Source: Eledone cirrhosa (lineage: Eukaryota). Taken from it: a stretch of DNA of 64,000 nt. Position numbers and translations under genes: made by a program. The notes beneath the pieces were generated by a model, which was not told where the DNA came from, did no database searches, and saw only the letters and a list, made by a program, of their open reading frames with translations. Where the stretch lies: contig OZ024742.1 of the NCBI GenBank assembly GCA_964016885.1, forward strand, positions 181,226,001 to 181,290,000, in the 5' to 3' direction. Positions 27,230-40,894 of this stretch are shown here, in pieces (the stretch's first letter is position 1; every line of letters starts with the position of its first letter).

Positions 27230-29431
27230 AATGGGGGTGATAACATATTTAATTTGGGTTTAAATTTGTTAATAAATAGTTTTTTCTCTATTCTTTGTTG
27301 TTGAAAGAATCGGGGCACTTGTAAAAGCGGGAAAATTTTAAAGTTGGGTAGGGTCATTCCTGCACAATCTGCAAAGTGGCCACTTAAGGGGATTTTTCTT
27401 GTGTTTACGTCTCGGATTTGTTGGAGATGGATGGTCAATCATTTGTGTAATGATACACCAGTGTGTCCTATGTAGCTATGTCAGCAACCACCACATGTGA
27501 TTACGAATATCAGGTTTTCTGAGTTGCAAGTGAAGTTTTTCACTGTGAAAGTTTGGCTATCTTTAAATGTGAATTGTTGTCCTTCAATTAAGTATAGGCA
27601 TGTGCCACAATTTGTTCTTCCACATTTTGTTACCGTAAGGTTGGAGATTGGTTTGTGTGTATATTTGTTCCATTGAGAATGTATTTTAGTGATTTTGGTT
27701 GCCTTTTACTTTTAATGATCTTGTGTGTTTCTAGGATTTTTTTCATTTTTTCATCTTTAAATCGAATTTTGTGTCGGAGGTTGAACATTTCGATATTTCT
27801 GGGGCTGAACGTGGATACATATGGTAAGGTATTGTTTGTGGTTCTGTGCTTTGGGTTGTTTGGTTGATGAAACTTTGCGTGTTTTGCTCTATCTATTCCG
27901 TTATTATGTCAATTAGAAAGGCTCTTAAGGTAAGTGCGTTTTTTAGTTCATTTAGTCTTTGTTCCCATTTAGCTGGGTCTGGTACTATGGTGCATATACG
28001 TTTGGCTAAATTAAAAGGAATGTTAAGTTTTGTATGTTTTTGGTGGTTTGATGTGAAGAGGAGGTACTGTTTGGAGTTCGTGGATTTATAAAAGATGTCT
28101 GTTTCTATTTTCCTATCTGTTTTTAAAATAAGGATATCCAATAAGGCTAATTCCTTGGAGTTGGATTCTATGTTGTGAATGGTATGTTATTGTTAATGTT
28201 GTTTATCATATTTTTGAAAAGAGTGAGTGTATCCATGTCTTCCTGCCATAGTATGAAGCAATCATCTAGGTATCTCTTCCAATTATTTTTGAGCTGTGTA
28301 AGGAAAGAGTCTCCTAATAATAGAAAGGATTAGTTGTAGATTTGTTGTTCGTGGAATCCCATGACTAACTTGGCATATGTAGGGGCTACCTGTGTGCCCA
28401 TTGTAGTACCTGAGATTTGTCGGTATGTTGAATCATTGAAAGTAACAAAATTATTATGTAAGATAAATTTGAGTCCATCAATAAAAAAGCTTTTGTTGGT
28501 GCGTGCTGGTATTTCAGATTGGTGTGTGTCTAACCAGTACTGGATTGTCGTTATTCCATAATTATGGGGTATGTTAGTGTAGAGGTTTACTACGTCAAAG
28601 GGGACAAGAATAGTGCTTTCACTTACTGTTTTGGGTAGGTGGTTCAGCATATCATATGTAGCTCTGTATATGTTTTAGTAAGGTCTTTAGTAGGATGTCC
28701 GGGAAGTTGCTAAGTCTGTGGGTTTCACACGCAAGGCCTGGTATAATTGGTCTGAGTGTTAAGTCTTCTGGTGGTGTTAATTGTATGTATTTGTTAGTCG
28801 AAGTGTCACATGCATCGTTTATGAGTTTACATTTATGTATCTTTGGTAAGCCGTAGAAGGCACTTGTATTACATTTGAAATGGCTTATGTATTCAAATTC
28901 TTTTGTGGTTATGCTATTGCGATATTTTTGTAGTAATGCTGGGAGATTCCCCATTATTTTAGTTTGTAGTTTTCTGTTTTTCGTAGTACTTGTCGGCGTC
29001 TAGGATTTTAAGTGCCAGGTCCCTATAGTAGTCAGTGTTCATAATTATCACAGTACTCGCTTTATCAGCTTCTTTGATGGTTATTTCAGTCTTATCTCGA
29101 AGTGTGAATAATTCTTTCATGTTTGGAAAAGTTCGATTTCTTATGTTTATTTGCAATTTTTTCATAGAGAAAGTTGATGGTGCGTTCTCGGTAGGTGTCC
29201 AGTGCTGTGTTCCCTCCTTTCTGTGGACAGAAATCACTTTTGTTTCTGATTGATTCGTCTTCAGTGTTGGAGAAGTATTCTATTAGTCTAAGTTTTCGGC
29301 AGAATTCCATGATATCATCTTTCATTTTGGGGAAGTTAGATTTTGGTGGTGCGGGTGTAAATATCAGTCCCTTACTTAATATGTTAAATTGTGTGTTACT
29401 GATATCTTTGAAAGCATCATTATCTTCGGTT

Positions 29432-29435
<4 letters not shown>
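27230..29435 (-). mobile_element. Penelope-like element: RT plus GIY-YIG, decayed
   Basis: ADK, FYGLPKIHK, RPII, FDVVNLYTNIP, QISGTTMGT, RYLDD, TDIFYKST, then a GIY-YIG-like region with SYIGHT; frameshifts. Confidence 0.9.
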
Positions 29436-29477
<42 letters not shown>

Positions 29478-29987
29478 CGTTTTATAATGTATATGTACTT
29501 ACATACATAGATATGTAATCGCAGATGGTTTCAGTATGAATTGACCAACGAAAGGTTGTCACATTCTGTCTCTCAGAATTGCAACACCTCAGGTGGATGC
29601 TGCCTCATATAACCAATAGACAGAATTGAAAAGGCATAACCTTGGAGGATAACAAGGGAGATGTGCTGAATGAGTCAGTCCAATTTATGAGATTCATTCT
29701 TGTCAGTGGCTATCAATGTCATGATCACCATAAGTAGAGGTGTCTTGGGGACACAGAATGTTCCACTGCTACACATTCTATGATGATCCTATCAAGAAGC
29801 AGCTCATACTTAAAGTCCTTGTGCTTTTCGGCTTGACAGGGCATGCGCCCTGAGTTTGCCACAAAATTCAGCAGATTGCTGCAGGAGAAAATACTTCTAC
29901 AAATGGAAACAAATAATATTGTAAATTTATGCATTAACAATTTTTTAAATTCTATTTTGTATCAAATTTTGTGAACAGTAACATCCT

Positions 29988-30744
29988 TGTTTAAAATATT
30001 GATGTTATATTCAGGGGTTGTAGCTACTTTCACATTTCACATTATGTAGCAAAGCTTTGCATTTCTGTTTATAAAAGAATTTTTAAACTTTAACAACAAT
30101 TGTCCATTAAATTTCTCCATCATGGTTAGTTCTTTATTGATGTTTATCATTATATCATGAGGTTTAAGTTTGAGGAATTTGTTCTTTTTCAAGTTGAATA
30201 CCATGAGCGTTGATTGTGTGGGGTTTTGTGTGAGAAAACTGTTTCATCAATAGAATATATAGACATGAATTGTATTTCTAAGACACCTATATTTCATTTC
30301 TATTTCATGATATTGAGGGCTAACTGTTATTAATGCACAAGGCTTCGGCTCTGTAAGAAACTGCGAAAATCTATATTTTGTTTTGCAGACCTCATAAATA
30401 TAATAAGGAATGTTTAGGCTAGTGCTAATCTCTTGAGCAATAAAGCTACATCAAACATTTCATCTTTCACTTTTATATTTAACTATAAGCTTCAACATAC
30501 ACAAAGATAGTCCACATTGTACAAGGAAGACGTAAAATTAGTTTAGAACATCCTAACACATGCTGCAATCTCAGTATAGTTTTAATCATATAACAGGATA
30601 GTGTTAAGAATATGGTGTCAAAAATATATCCAAGGTAAAATGTACTCTTTTCAGGCACCATGGCTTATAATGGAATTGTCAATAGGTTCAGGTAAATGTT
30701 ATAAAAACCAATCTGAAGTATTACATTTATTGATAAATCTGTTT
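29988..30744. repeat. ~757-bp segment with a near-identical inverted copy at 60052-60809
   Basis: Reverse-complement match along the whole length with few substitutions. Confidence 0.92.
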
Positions 30745-31056
30745 GATTCTTCTGAGTTCTATTTAAGTCCAAATCCTGTAAAAGTCAACTTTGCTTTTTC
30801 TTCTTCTGTAGTTGTTAGATCTGTCCCAAACAACCTAGATCTATGAAACAAAACCATCCATTCTAAAGGACTCATATTTAAATTCCAAACTTCCAACATA
30901 ATTGTATTAAAGAACTTAAATCCTTTCAAATTCTTCATTAATTAATTGAAACAGAGTATTTCATTATAAATATCATAATAAAATTGTTAAATAAATTACC
31001 AGCTCAGGGCATTGTATTGGTGGAATTATAACTATGTTAGACAGGAAGTCTTGCAG

Positions 31057-31230
31057 TATGAGTGTTGGCTGAAAAGTTCGTAGCCTGACCAAGATACTCT
31101 CATATAATGTGACTAAATGGGGTTTATGTTTCAACATAGTTCACCCTGCAGTCCACACACTTCTTCCATCGGTATGATAGTGCTTGCATCCCATTGGTGA
31201 AGAAGCTTTCACCCTGTTGGTAAAAAAAGT
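31057..31230. mobile_element. mariner-like terminal remnant
   Basis: tatgagtgttggctgaaaagttcgtagcctgacc...cacacacttcttccatcgg resembles mariner-type MITE ends; only one end seen. Confidence 0.45.
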
Positions 31231-31470
31231 CATCTTGTTCATCAAAAAGGTCATATACATTGTATAACTTGTGTTAGGACAGGATGTGTGTAGCGAATAT
31301 TTCCTGCTAAATAGGCAGTGTTTCTAAGTGTGTGTGTATATATATATGTGTGTGTGTGTGTGTGTCTGTGACCAGTGTATATAGGTCACAAACAGCCCTC
31401 CCCTACACACACACATATATATATATATAGGAGGAAGTTATGGTTCACTTGAAGCATCGTATAATGAGGT

Positions 31471-31918
31471 ATAAACGTTTGAATTTGTAAAGCCAAAACA
31501 ATGCAGGTATGGATATAGAATAAACAATTCAAATACAAAAGATATTGTTGTCTTTTACCTGAGATTTACTTAAATGTCCTTAATTTTCGAGATAGTATCT
31601 CTTCTTCGGAGGGAAGTAAAGCGGTTAAACCAGTGTTCTAAATGATGATCCTATCAAAAAGCAGCTCAGTCCTTGTGCTTTTCAGCTTGACAGGGCATGC
31701 GCCCTGAGTTTGCCACAAAATTCAGCAGATTGCTGCTGGAGAAAATACTTCTACAAATGGAAACAAATAATATTGTAAATTTATGAAGAGATATTATCTC
31801 GAAAATTAAGGACATTTAAGTAAGTCTCAGGTAAAAGACTAGTTGTCAACAATATCTTTTCCATTTGAATTTGTTATTCTGTCCATACCTGCATTGTTTT
31901 GGCTTTACAAATTTAAGC

Positions 31919-31924
<6 letters not shown>
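31471..31924. mobile_element. Fold-back element with decayed HHRs; the spacer is a copy of 29780-29931
   Basis: Arms 31471-31604 and 31785-31924; GAAGA-GAGAU/AUCUC-GAAA-AU-UA-AGG motif. Confidence 0.8.
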
Positions 31925-31998
<74 letters not shown>

Positions 31999-32196
31999 GT
32001 ATACACACACACACACACATATGTGGGCCTTCCAATTTCATTTTACATTAAATCCATATCTATGTATATTTTGATTATTTATAAATCATTTTTAAAGAAA
32101 CATGATTTTTTTTAAGATTCCTAAACCAATGTGACCCAATGGGTCATGGGTGGACGAGTATATATATGTATGAATATATATATATATTATTATTAT

Positions 32197-32252
<56 letters not shown>

Positions 32253-32253
<1 letters not shown>

Positions 32254-32739
32254 CCAAACAGACTGAAAAATAGATGCAAACAGACCTGATATAATATTGA
32301 AAGACTTTCAAAAGAGGGTATGCCTGCTAATTGATATGTCTGTTCCAATAGACAAGAATGTATCTATAAAAACATTTGAAAAATTGAGCAAGTATAAGGA
32401 CCTGGAGATAGAAATTGGAAAAATGTGGAAATTGAGAACTAAAACAATACCAGTGGTTGTAGGCGCTCTGGGAATGATACCTAAGGGGTCTAATGATTAC
32501 TTATCGCAAATCCCAGGAAACCCGCGTATAGGAGAAATACAAAAGATAGTACTAATGGGAACTGCCCATATACTAAGGAAGATTCTGTCAATATAAGTAC
32601 ATCACAAGTCTAAACACAAAAGATGCATGTGTGAATATGTATGATCTTTCTTGAACATGGCGGACCTTGTGGTCTCTTGAGGTCACTGGTTGTGACTTGG
32701 TGATAACTCGTATGAACATAAAGCAAGATAAATGCAACT

Positions 32740-32740
<1 letters not shown>
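32253..32740 (+). mobile_element. Dong/R4-clade retrotransposon, family A, short 3' fragment
   Basis: RLE domain RPDII...DMSVP...EKLSKYKDL; near-identical to 38369-38827; (TAA)n on both sides. Confidence 0.9.
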
Positions 32741-32785
<45 letters not shown>

Positions 32786-32812
32786 TAATAATAATAGTAA
32801 TAATAATAATAA

Positions 32813-35275
32813 CCGCATGTTCTACAACAACCAGAAGATGCTGTTTGGACAGCTTGAAGGGAAAGAAAGAAGCAACGACTTGATCCCTGAGGCGGAACAA
32901 ACTAAAACATTCTGGAGAGGAATATGGGAGCAGGATGTTAAACATAATGACCAGGCAGTGTGGATTGAGACAGTACAGAAGGAGATTAGTGAACAGGCAC
33001 ACCAACAAACTGATTTGAGTATCACAGTTGAAACTCTTAAGGGGCAGGCCAAAAAACTAACCAACTGGAAATCACCAGGCCCAGATGGTGTGCAGGGGTA
33101 TTGGATTAAAAATATAACATCCCTCCACCTGAAACTGACAACCATGTTCAATGACTGCTTGATGTCAGGTGAGGTACCAGAGTGGTTGACAAAAGGTACC
33201 ACAGTTCTGATAATGAAAGACCGAATCAAGGGTAATGATGTTACCAACTATAGACCTATCACATGTCTGTCCGTAATGTGGAAACTGTTGACAAGCATTA
33301 TGTCTGAGGAAATCTACCATCACCTCCACACAAACAACTTGTTACCGGACGAACAGAAATGATGCCGAAAGAAGTCACGTGGTACAAAGGACCAGTTACT
33401 TATTGATAAGATGGTAATGAGGAATTGCAAGAGGAGACACACTGGTCTTGCCATGGGATGGATAGACTACAAAAAGGCATTTGACATGTGGCCTCATTCT
33501 TGGATCACCAAAAGCCTGGAGATCTTCAAGGTGGCAGATAACATCAGACAGTTGTTGGGCAAAAGTATGAAGTCCTGGGAAACAGAGTTAACATCAACTG
33601 GAGAATCCTTGGGAAGCGTGAAGATCAAGAGAGGTATCTTCCAGGGAGATAGTCTGTCCCTCTGTTATTTGTCCTTGCGCTGATGCCCCTGACCAGTGTA
33701 CTGCGAAAAGTGAGAGCAGGATACAGGTTGGGAAAGGGAGGGCTTACCATCAATCACCTCCTCTTCATGGACGATCTTAAGCTCTTCGGGAAGAGTGAGA
33801 AGGAGTTGGATGTGCTTGTTGACACTGTCCGTATTTTCAGCAATGATATATGTATGCAATTTGGTATTGGTAAGTGTGGAGTCATTGTGATGAAGAGGGG
33901 TAAATTGAGCAGAAGTAACGGAATCCAGGTACCAACAGGTGAGATGATAAAGGAAATTGACTCTGAAGAAGGATACAAGTATTTGGGTGTTCTGGAGGCT
34001 GATGACATCAAGAACAAAAAAATGAAGGAATTGATAAGAACTGAATACATTCGGAGAATAAGGAGCGTATTAAAGTCACATCTGAACAGTAGGAATGCCA
34101 TAAGTGCAGTAAATTCCCGAGCTGTGTCTATTATTAGGTACAGTGCGGGAATTCTGAGATGGAATGTTGCTGAACAAAAAGAAATGGATAGGAAGACTAG
34201 GAAGCTATTGACTATCTACAACATGTTCCACAAGAGGGCTGATGTCGATAGACTCTACTTAAGGAGATCTGAAGGTGGAAGGGGTCTTATCAGCATAGAG
34301 GACTGTGTTCAAATGAAGAAAAACAACCTACACAAATACGTGACTGATAGTAAGGAGCCAATGCTCAGAACTTTACTGAAGGAGGGGACAATAGACCAGG
34401 GGATGTCCAAGGAGGAAATAACATCAAGGAGAAAGAGCAGCCTTCAGGAAAAATCCCTTCATAGTACCTTCTTTGAGAAAACTGAATTTAGAGATCCACA
34501 GACATAGAACTGGTTGAAAAGAGGAGACCTTAAAAAGGCTACAGAAGGAATGTTAATGGCTGCACAGGAGCAGACTCTCAAAACGAAGTGGTTGAAACAC
34601 CATATTTACAAGGAGGAGGCTAGCCCACTGTGCAGGATCTGTGGAGAGAGAGAGGAGACTGTGGCTCACATTGTATCCGAGTGTAAACACCTAGCCCAGA
34701 CTCACTATAAGGGCTGGAGACATGATGTGATGGGCAGGGTGATCCACTGGCACCTGTGCAAAGTAAACGATTTACCACATTCTGAGAAGTGGTATGAGCA
34801 TAAGCCAGAGTCGGTGATAGAAAACGATCAGGTGAAGGTGCTGTGGGATTTTAGGATACAGACGGACAAGAAACTGGAACACAATAGACCTGACCTGGTG
34901 GTTGTGGACAAAGAAAAAAGATCGTGCCTGATTGTGGATGTGGCCTGCCCATTCGACACGAGAGTGCAAGAGAAGGAGAGGGAGAAAATTAACCGATACC
35001 AGGACTTAAAGTGGGAGGTAGAAAGGATTTGGAACTGCCATGAAGTCAAAGTGATCCCGATTGTCATAGGCGCACTAGGGACTATCTCAAAAAGTTTCCA
35101 GGGATGGTTAAAGAAAATTGGCCCCTTCACGCTTTTTGGAACGCTTCAAAGGCATGCTTGCTGGGAACAGCAAGAACCCTCCGATACGTCCTGAATATCT
35201 GAGGCTGCAGGTAGTGGCTTGATATTCATTTCAACAAACTTTCCAGTTAACTAACATCAATGACTGAGACTCAAA

Positions 35276-35276
<1 letters not shown>
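32813..35276 (+). mobile_element. Dong/R4-clade retrotransposon, family B, 5'-truncated
   Basis: RT (WKSPGPDG, NYRPITCL, QGDSLS, HLLFMDDLKL), CCHC knuckle CRICGEREETVAHIVSEC, RLE RPDLVV...DVACP; flanked by (TAA)n. Confidence 0.92.
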
Positions 35277-35335
<59 letters not shown>

Positions 35336-35337
<2 letters not shown>

Positions 35338-38300
35338 CAAATACATTGAATACAGAACAGACATATATCAACTGGAAAAAGAAACATCCCGAAAACAGAG
35401 GCTATATTGACAATAACAAACTAGCCAATATACGAAGAAATATTGTAAAAAAAAAGTTACTCACTGATATAGAAATTGATCAGATCAAGCTATTAGCACA
35501 AAGTCAGCGAAGGGAAAATGAAACATGTGTCAGTGAAAACGAGGTAAATTGTAACACTTCGAATCCCAGGGTTGGGGCGGAATCACTGACAACAGAACAA
35601 ATTAAAGAAAGGATCGAAAAGGTGGGGGGAGTGCATGCTCAAGATGAAACTCAAAATGAAAACAATGAGATCGTAAATGATAAAGAAATGAATGAGAATG
35701 AACTTGCCAACTTGAAGGATGAAATTATGATCGAATGGATGAAAATGAAAGAATCTGACATGGGGGAACGAGACACCCTCCCTAAGATCCAGAACTCCAA
35801 ACAGAACCAAAAGATAATACACAAGACTAACATAATTCTCAAAAACATTATCATCACAAACAAACTAAACATTACTGATTTAAATCATCTCTATTATGCA
35901 TCGGCTAAAGTCACCACTCACTTATGTGGAGTGAAAATGAAAAAACAAAGGAATTCCCACAAGAAACCTACTTGGCAAGAGAACATCAATCGCCAAATAA
36001 ACCTTCTCCGATCTGACATAGAAATTTTAACAAACTATAAAGTAGGTGAACATGTTAAACAAACTAAACTTAGAAAATTGAAAAGAAAGTACAGTATAAA
36101 ATCAACAAGTGACATAGACATGCTGATAGAAATAATCAAGCAAAAAGTGTCGGCCAAAGCTGCGCTTATAAGGCGCTTTGAAAAACGATCTAGATTCTGT
36201 AAGGACAATAATATGTTCAAAAACAACCAAAGAAACTTCTACATAAAAATTGGTAAGTCAACAATAACTCCTAAATCAATACGACCCAGGGAGGACGTGC
36301 AAGAATTCTGGGAAAAGATCTGGGCCGAAGAAAAAGTTCATAACATACATGCCCCATGGATAGACAGACAAATGAAAGATACAGCTCACCTTGAGGAACA
36401 AATATGGGAAAATGTAACAGTTGAACAGTTGCGTTTGGCTCTTAGAAAAACCAGCAAATGGAAATCCCCAGGAAAAGACAAAATACAACATTTTTGGATA
36501 AATGCCTTCACAGAGTCTCATGAGCTGTTAGCCCAACTTTACAATGAAATAGTTAAGGAGCTAGAAAAGATACCATCATGGCTAGTTAACGGCATTACAT
36601 TCCTGCTTCCGAAGAATGATGAGACAAACAATCCCAAAAATTACAGACTGATAACTTGCTTGACCACTATGTATAATATTTTAACATCAGTCCTAACTGA
36701 ATATACATATGACCACCTGATAACAAATGACCTATTTCCCATTGAACAGAAAGAGTGTAAACGAGGCTCATATGGCTGTAAGGATCAGCTTTTGGTTAAC
36801 AAAATGATACTGGAAGATTGTCATAATAGATACAAAAACCTATCAATTGCTTGGATAGATTATAAAAAAGCATTCGATAGTTTGCCACACAGTTGGATTG
36901 AAAAATGTTTAGAGATTTTCAAAATATCTCCCGTTGTCAGGAGGTTTTTGTCGTTCAGTATGAAGACATGGAAAACGACACTCCTTTTGAATAGTGAAAC
37001 AAAATCACTGGAAGCTGGAGAAGTTAATATTAATTGTGGAATTGTTCAGGGTGACTCTTTATCACCGCTTTTATTCTGCATCGCACTTATACCATTAAGT
37101 AAAATGCTCAATGAAACAAAACATGGATATAAAGTCTATGACAAAACCATTAATCACTTGTTCTACATGGATGACCTGAAACTATTTGCAAAAAATGATG
37201 AACAATTGCAAGGGCTATTATCCACTGTGGAGCAGTTCAGTGATGACATTAAAATGGAGTTTGGACTAGATAAATGCGCCAAAGCAACGTTCACCAGAGG
37301 AAAGCTACTGAAAAGTTCAGACATTAATCTTGATCGAGGGAATGTGATAAGAGAACTTGATCGAGAGGAAACTTACAAATATCTAGGTGTTTGTGAAGGA
37401 GACGGAATCAAGCACTCGACAATGAGGGAAAGGATAAGGAAGGAATGTTACCGCAGAGTAAGAGCAATCTTAAGAACGGAATTGAATGCAAGGAATAGGA
37501 TCGGTGCCATAAACACGCTTGCCATACCAGTAGTAACCTACAGTTACAATGTCATCAACTGTCAAGCACAGAGACCCGTAGGCTCGATACAAAAATTCGA
37601 AAATTCTTAACCATGCACAGAATGCATCACCCTAAGGCAGATACAGATAGAATATATCTCCCTAGGAAAGAAGGAGGACGTGGGTTAATCCAGTTACACA
37701 TTGCGTTGAAAACTGCAACAATTGGGTTATCTACATATCTAAGGGAATCACATGTTGGATCATCAAACTCGTTTTGAAACAGGAAAGCATCAAAAGATCA
37801 TACTCCATTACAAAAGATGCACAAAGATACAGTAATGGACTACAAATTTCAGAAGTCCCTTTTACTGCAGAAATGGAAAACACAGAAAAAGCAAAGCAGG
37901 TAAAAGTAACTGCAAAGAAAGAACTGCTACAGAAACTGGCTAAGAAATGGCAAGAAAAGCCTCTGTATGGAAAATACCCAGAACGAGCTAACAATCCTGA
38001 TGTTAACAAAACTTTAACCCATCAGTGGTTGGCATCCTCTGGACTGAAATCGGAGACTGAAGGACTGATTATATCAGCACAAGATCAGTGTCTGCCAACA
38101 AAAAATTACCTAGCCAACATAATAAAAAATGGATGCAGCCCATTATACCGTGTATGTAAAAAACAACCAGAGACCATTGACCATATAATTTCAATGTGCA
38201 GTCCTATAGCTCCAACCGAATACCTAAACAGGCATGACAGAGCTGCACAATACATACATTGGATAATGTGTAAGCATTTTGACCTGCCCCATCAAAAGAA

Positions 38301-38827
38301 TTGGTGGGAGCATCAACCACCTCCCATACTTGAAAAAGATCACATCTCAATCTTATGGAACTTTAGCATCCAAACAGACCGAAAAATAGATGCAAATAGA
38401 CCTGATATAATACTGAAGGACTTTAAAAAGAAGGTATGCCTGCTAATTGATATGTCCGTTCCAATATACAAGAATGTATCTATAAAAACATTTGAAAAAT
38501 TGAGCAAGTATAAGGACCTGGAGATAGAAATTGGAAAAATGTGGAAATTGAGAACTAAAACAATACCAGTAGTTGTAGGCGCTCTAGGAATGATACCTAA
38601 GGGGTCTAATGATTACTTATCGCAAATCCCAGGAAACCCGCGTATAGGAGAAATACAAAAGATAGTACTAATGGGAACTGCCCATATACTAAGGAAGATT
38701 CTGTCAATATAAGTACATCACAAGTCTAAACACCTAAAGATGCATGTGTGAGTATGTATGTTCTTTCTTGAACATGGCGGACCTTGGTGATAACTCGTAT
38801 GAACATAAAGCAAGATAAATGCAACTG
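35336..38827 (+). mobile_element. Dong/R4-clade retrotransposon, family A, long copy
   Basis: 754-aa RT ORF (QGDSLSP, YMDDLKLF) plus 312-aa knuckle/RLE ORF; frameshifted near 37560-37770; (TAA)n flanks. Confidence 0.93.
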
Positions 38828-39025
38828 TAATAATAATAATAATAATAATAAAAAGGATGATTTATTATGTTATCATTACATTTATTAAGTAGTGACGGAT
38901 ATCTTGCTATTGATCAGTTGCAGGTTCGATCTGTATCGATTTAGCCCAACTCTGGATATATATATATATATATAAAATAAAATAAAATAAATAAGTCAAA
39001 TGTTTAAAATTTGGCTTCGTTTATT

Positions 39026-39080
39026 ACTGCTATATATATTTCGGTGACAGCCATCTTTGGTTGTGACCTCTTCAGGCAGT
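39026..39080 (-). ncRNA. Minimal type I hammerhead ribozyme
   Basis: ACUGC-CUGAAGA-GGUCACAACC..GGCUGUCACC-GAAA-UAUAUA-UA-GCAGU; palindromic stem III AUAUAUAU. Confidence 0.75.
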
Positions 39081-39214
39081 CCGAGTTAGTGTGGTAGAGA
39101 TGAGTACACATGTTGTTGAGGTGTATAACTTTGTCAATACTCTGATATGCCGAATTCCTGGTTGGGTTGTTATTTCACTGAGGAACTGGAACCATATATA
39201 TATATATATATATA

Positions 39215-39420
39215 TACGATATTAATAAATGGAAACTATATTTATAAAACCATATTTATTTCATTATACATATTTCAGGGATACCAAATTAAATTATGGT
39301 ATGCCTTCATCAAACAAAATACAATATATAACAGTTTTACAAATAAGCTTTGACGTACCCTATTAAAATGCAACCATTGTTTTTGGAAGTCATCCGGATA
39401 GTGAATTGTTTATATAACTT
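39215..39420 (-). mobile_element. Single-arm relative of the 42424-42780 HHR element
   Basis: Shared terminus tacgatattaataaatggaaactata; core mutated to UUGAUGA; a further stub near 13341. Confidence 0.75.
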
Positions 39421-39914
39421 TAATAAGTCATAGTGTTAAGGACAATTAGAAAAAGACGGAGAGAAAGAAAAAAGACGGAGAGAAAGAAAAAAGACGGAGA
39501 GAAAGAAAAAACGTGGAGAAATATCGGAGAGAGAGAGAGATGCATGGAGAAAAAAAGACAGGAGGAAAGGAAGAAAGAAGAAAAAAGGAAGAAATAAGAA
39601 AAACAGAGGAAAGCAACAGAGAGATATTAGGTCAACAGACAGATAGAAAAACTCAAGAGAGAGAAATGTTATATACAGAGAGAGGGAGATTATGAAAACT
39701 TTACGTCAATACAACCCCTAGAGGCGAACTAGCCTACAAATTTAGAAGGGCCCTAAATAAACATAATCTCAATATTAAGATAGTAGAAAGACCTGGTACC
39801 TCCGTAAAAACACTTATTAGCAAGACATACCCGTTCCAAAGACCCTCATGTATAGATAAGAAATGTATAACCTGTAAAATAAGCCCCCACATTAACTGTA
39901 AAACTAGAAATGTA

Positions 39915-40232
39915 GTGTATAGCATAAGATGTACTGAAGGACAATGTAGAAACAAAAATATAGTGTACATAGGTGAGACAGCTCGTAGTATAGGGGAACG
40001 AATAAATGAACACTGGCGAGACCTCCAAGATAATAAAGAATCATCTGTGCTCTACCAACATGCTAAGATAGAACACAGGGGTAGATTAGAGAGCATAGAA
40101 ATAAAAATAGAATCCACGCACAGAAAAGACGCAATGTTTAGGCAAATTACAGAGGCAGTAAGCATAAAAGAATTAAAACCAAAATTAAATAGAAAATATG
40201 AGTGGAACAGCAACATCACAACTTACAATTAA
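39915..40232 (+). pseudogene. GIY-YIG endonuclease domain of a Penelope-like element
   Basis: VVYSIRC...YIGETARSIGERINEH...QH...EAVSIKELKPKLN. Confidence 0.9.
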
Positions 40233-40509
40233 GGACAAAATGAAAACACACACACACATAGAACAAACAACTTACAATTGAAAACACACACAAAATGAAA
40301 ACACACACAGGACAAAATGAAAGCACACACACACATAGAACAAACAACCAACCAACAATAAATAAATAAACAAATAGAAAAATGAACACAAACACACACA
40401 GACACCCGGATGTGGCACATGCGCAAACTGAGCACACAACACACACACAGAAACAAAATGGCGTAGGATAGAAGAAAGAAAAGGCACAGAAACGAAGAAA
40501 GGAATCCCC

Positions 40510-40554
40510 AGTCACTGAAGAGGTCACAGAGTGTGTGACGAAAGGACTATGACT
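40510..40554 (+). ncRNA. Minimal hammerhead ribozyme downstream of the GIY-YIG ORF
   Basis: AGUCA-CUGAAGA-g-GUCACA/UGUGAC-GAAA-GGAC-UA-UGACU, sense to the ORF. Confidence 0.78.
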
Positions 40555-40776
40555 ATATATATAAACAACTATCTGGTTGTGGAACCAACCAACCAACCAG
40601 AAATTTATAGGTTTGTAGATTTGTAAATTTATAAATTTATAAATATATAATAAATTGAAGTGAAAGCAACTGGTGCGTGTGTTTCTTATTGGCAACATGA
40701 CCCTCCCAAAGTATAACAATATCGGTTTCAACACACGATTTCAGATAAAGAATCTTGCTAAACAAATTCAGAAACG

Positions 40777-40827
<51 letters not shown>

Positions 40828-40894
40828 CAGACACACACATATATATAAACACACACAGGCATACACATTTATATATAAACGCACACACATACAT

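Larger units (their letters stand above)
39715..40780 (+). mobile_element. 5'-truncated Penelope-like element: GIY-YIG plus pseudo-LTR
   Basis: GIY-YIG ORF followed by the same pseudo-LTR as 18483-19212; ends in (TA)n. Confidence 0.88.

Noticed and set aside
29725-29940. 71-aa minus-strand ORF as a host exon
   Set aside because: An acceptor-like site is present, but there is no recognisable homology or linked exon; left uncalled.
31248-31410. Similarity to 58295-58500
   Set aside because: A diverged dispersed repeat with no diagnostic features.
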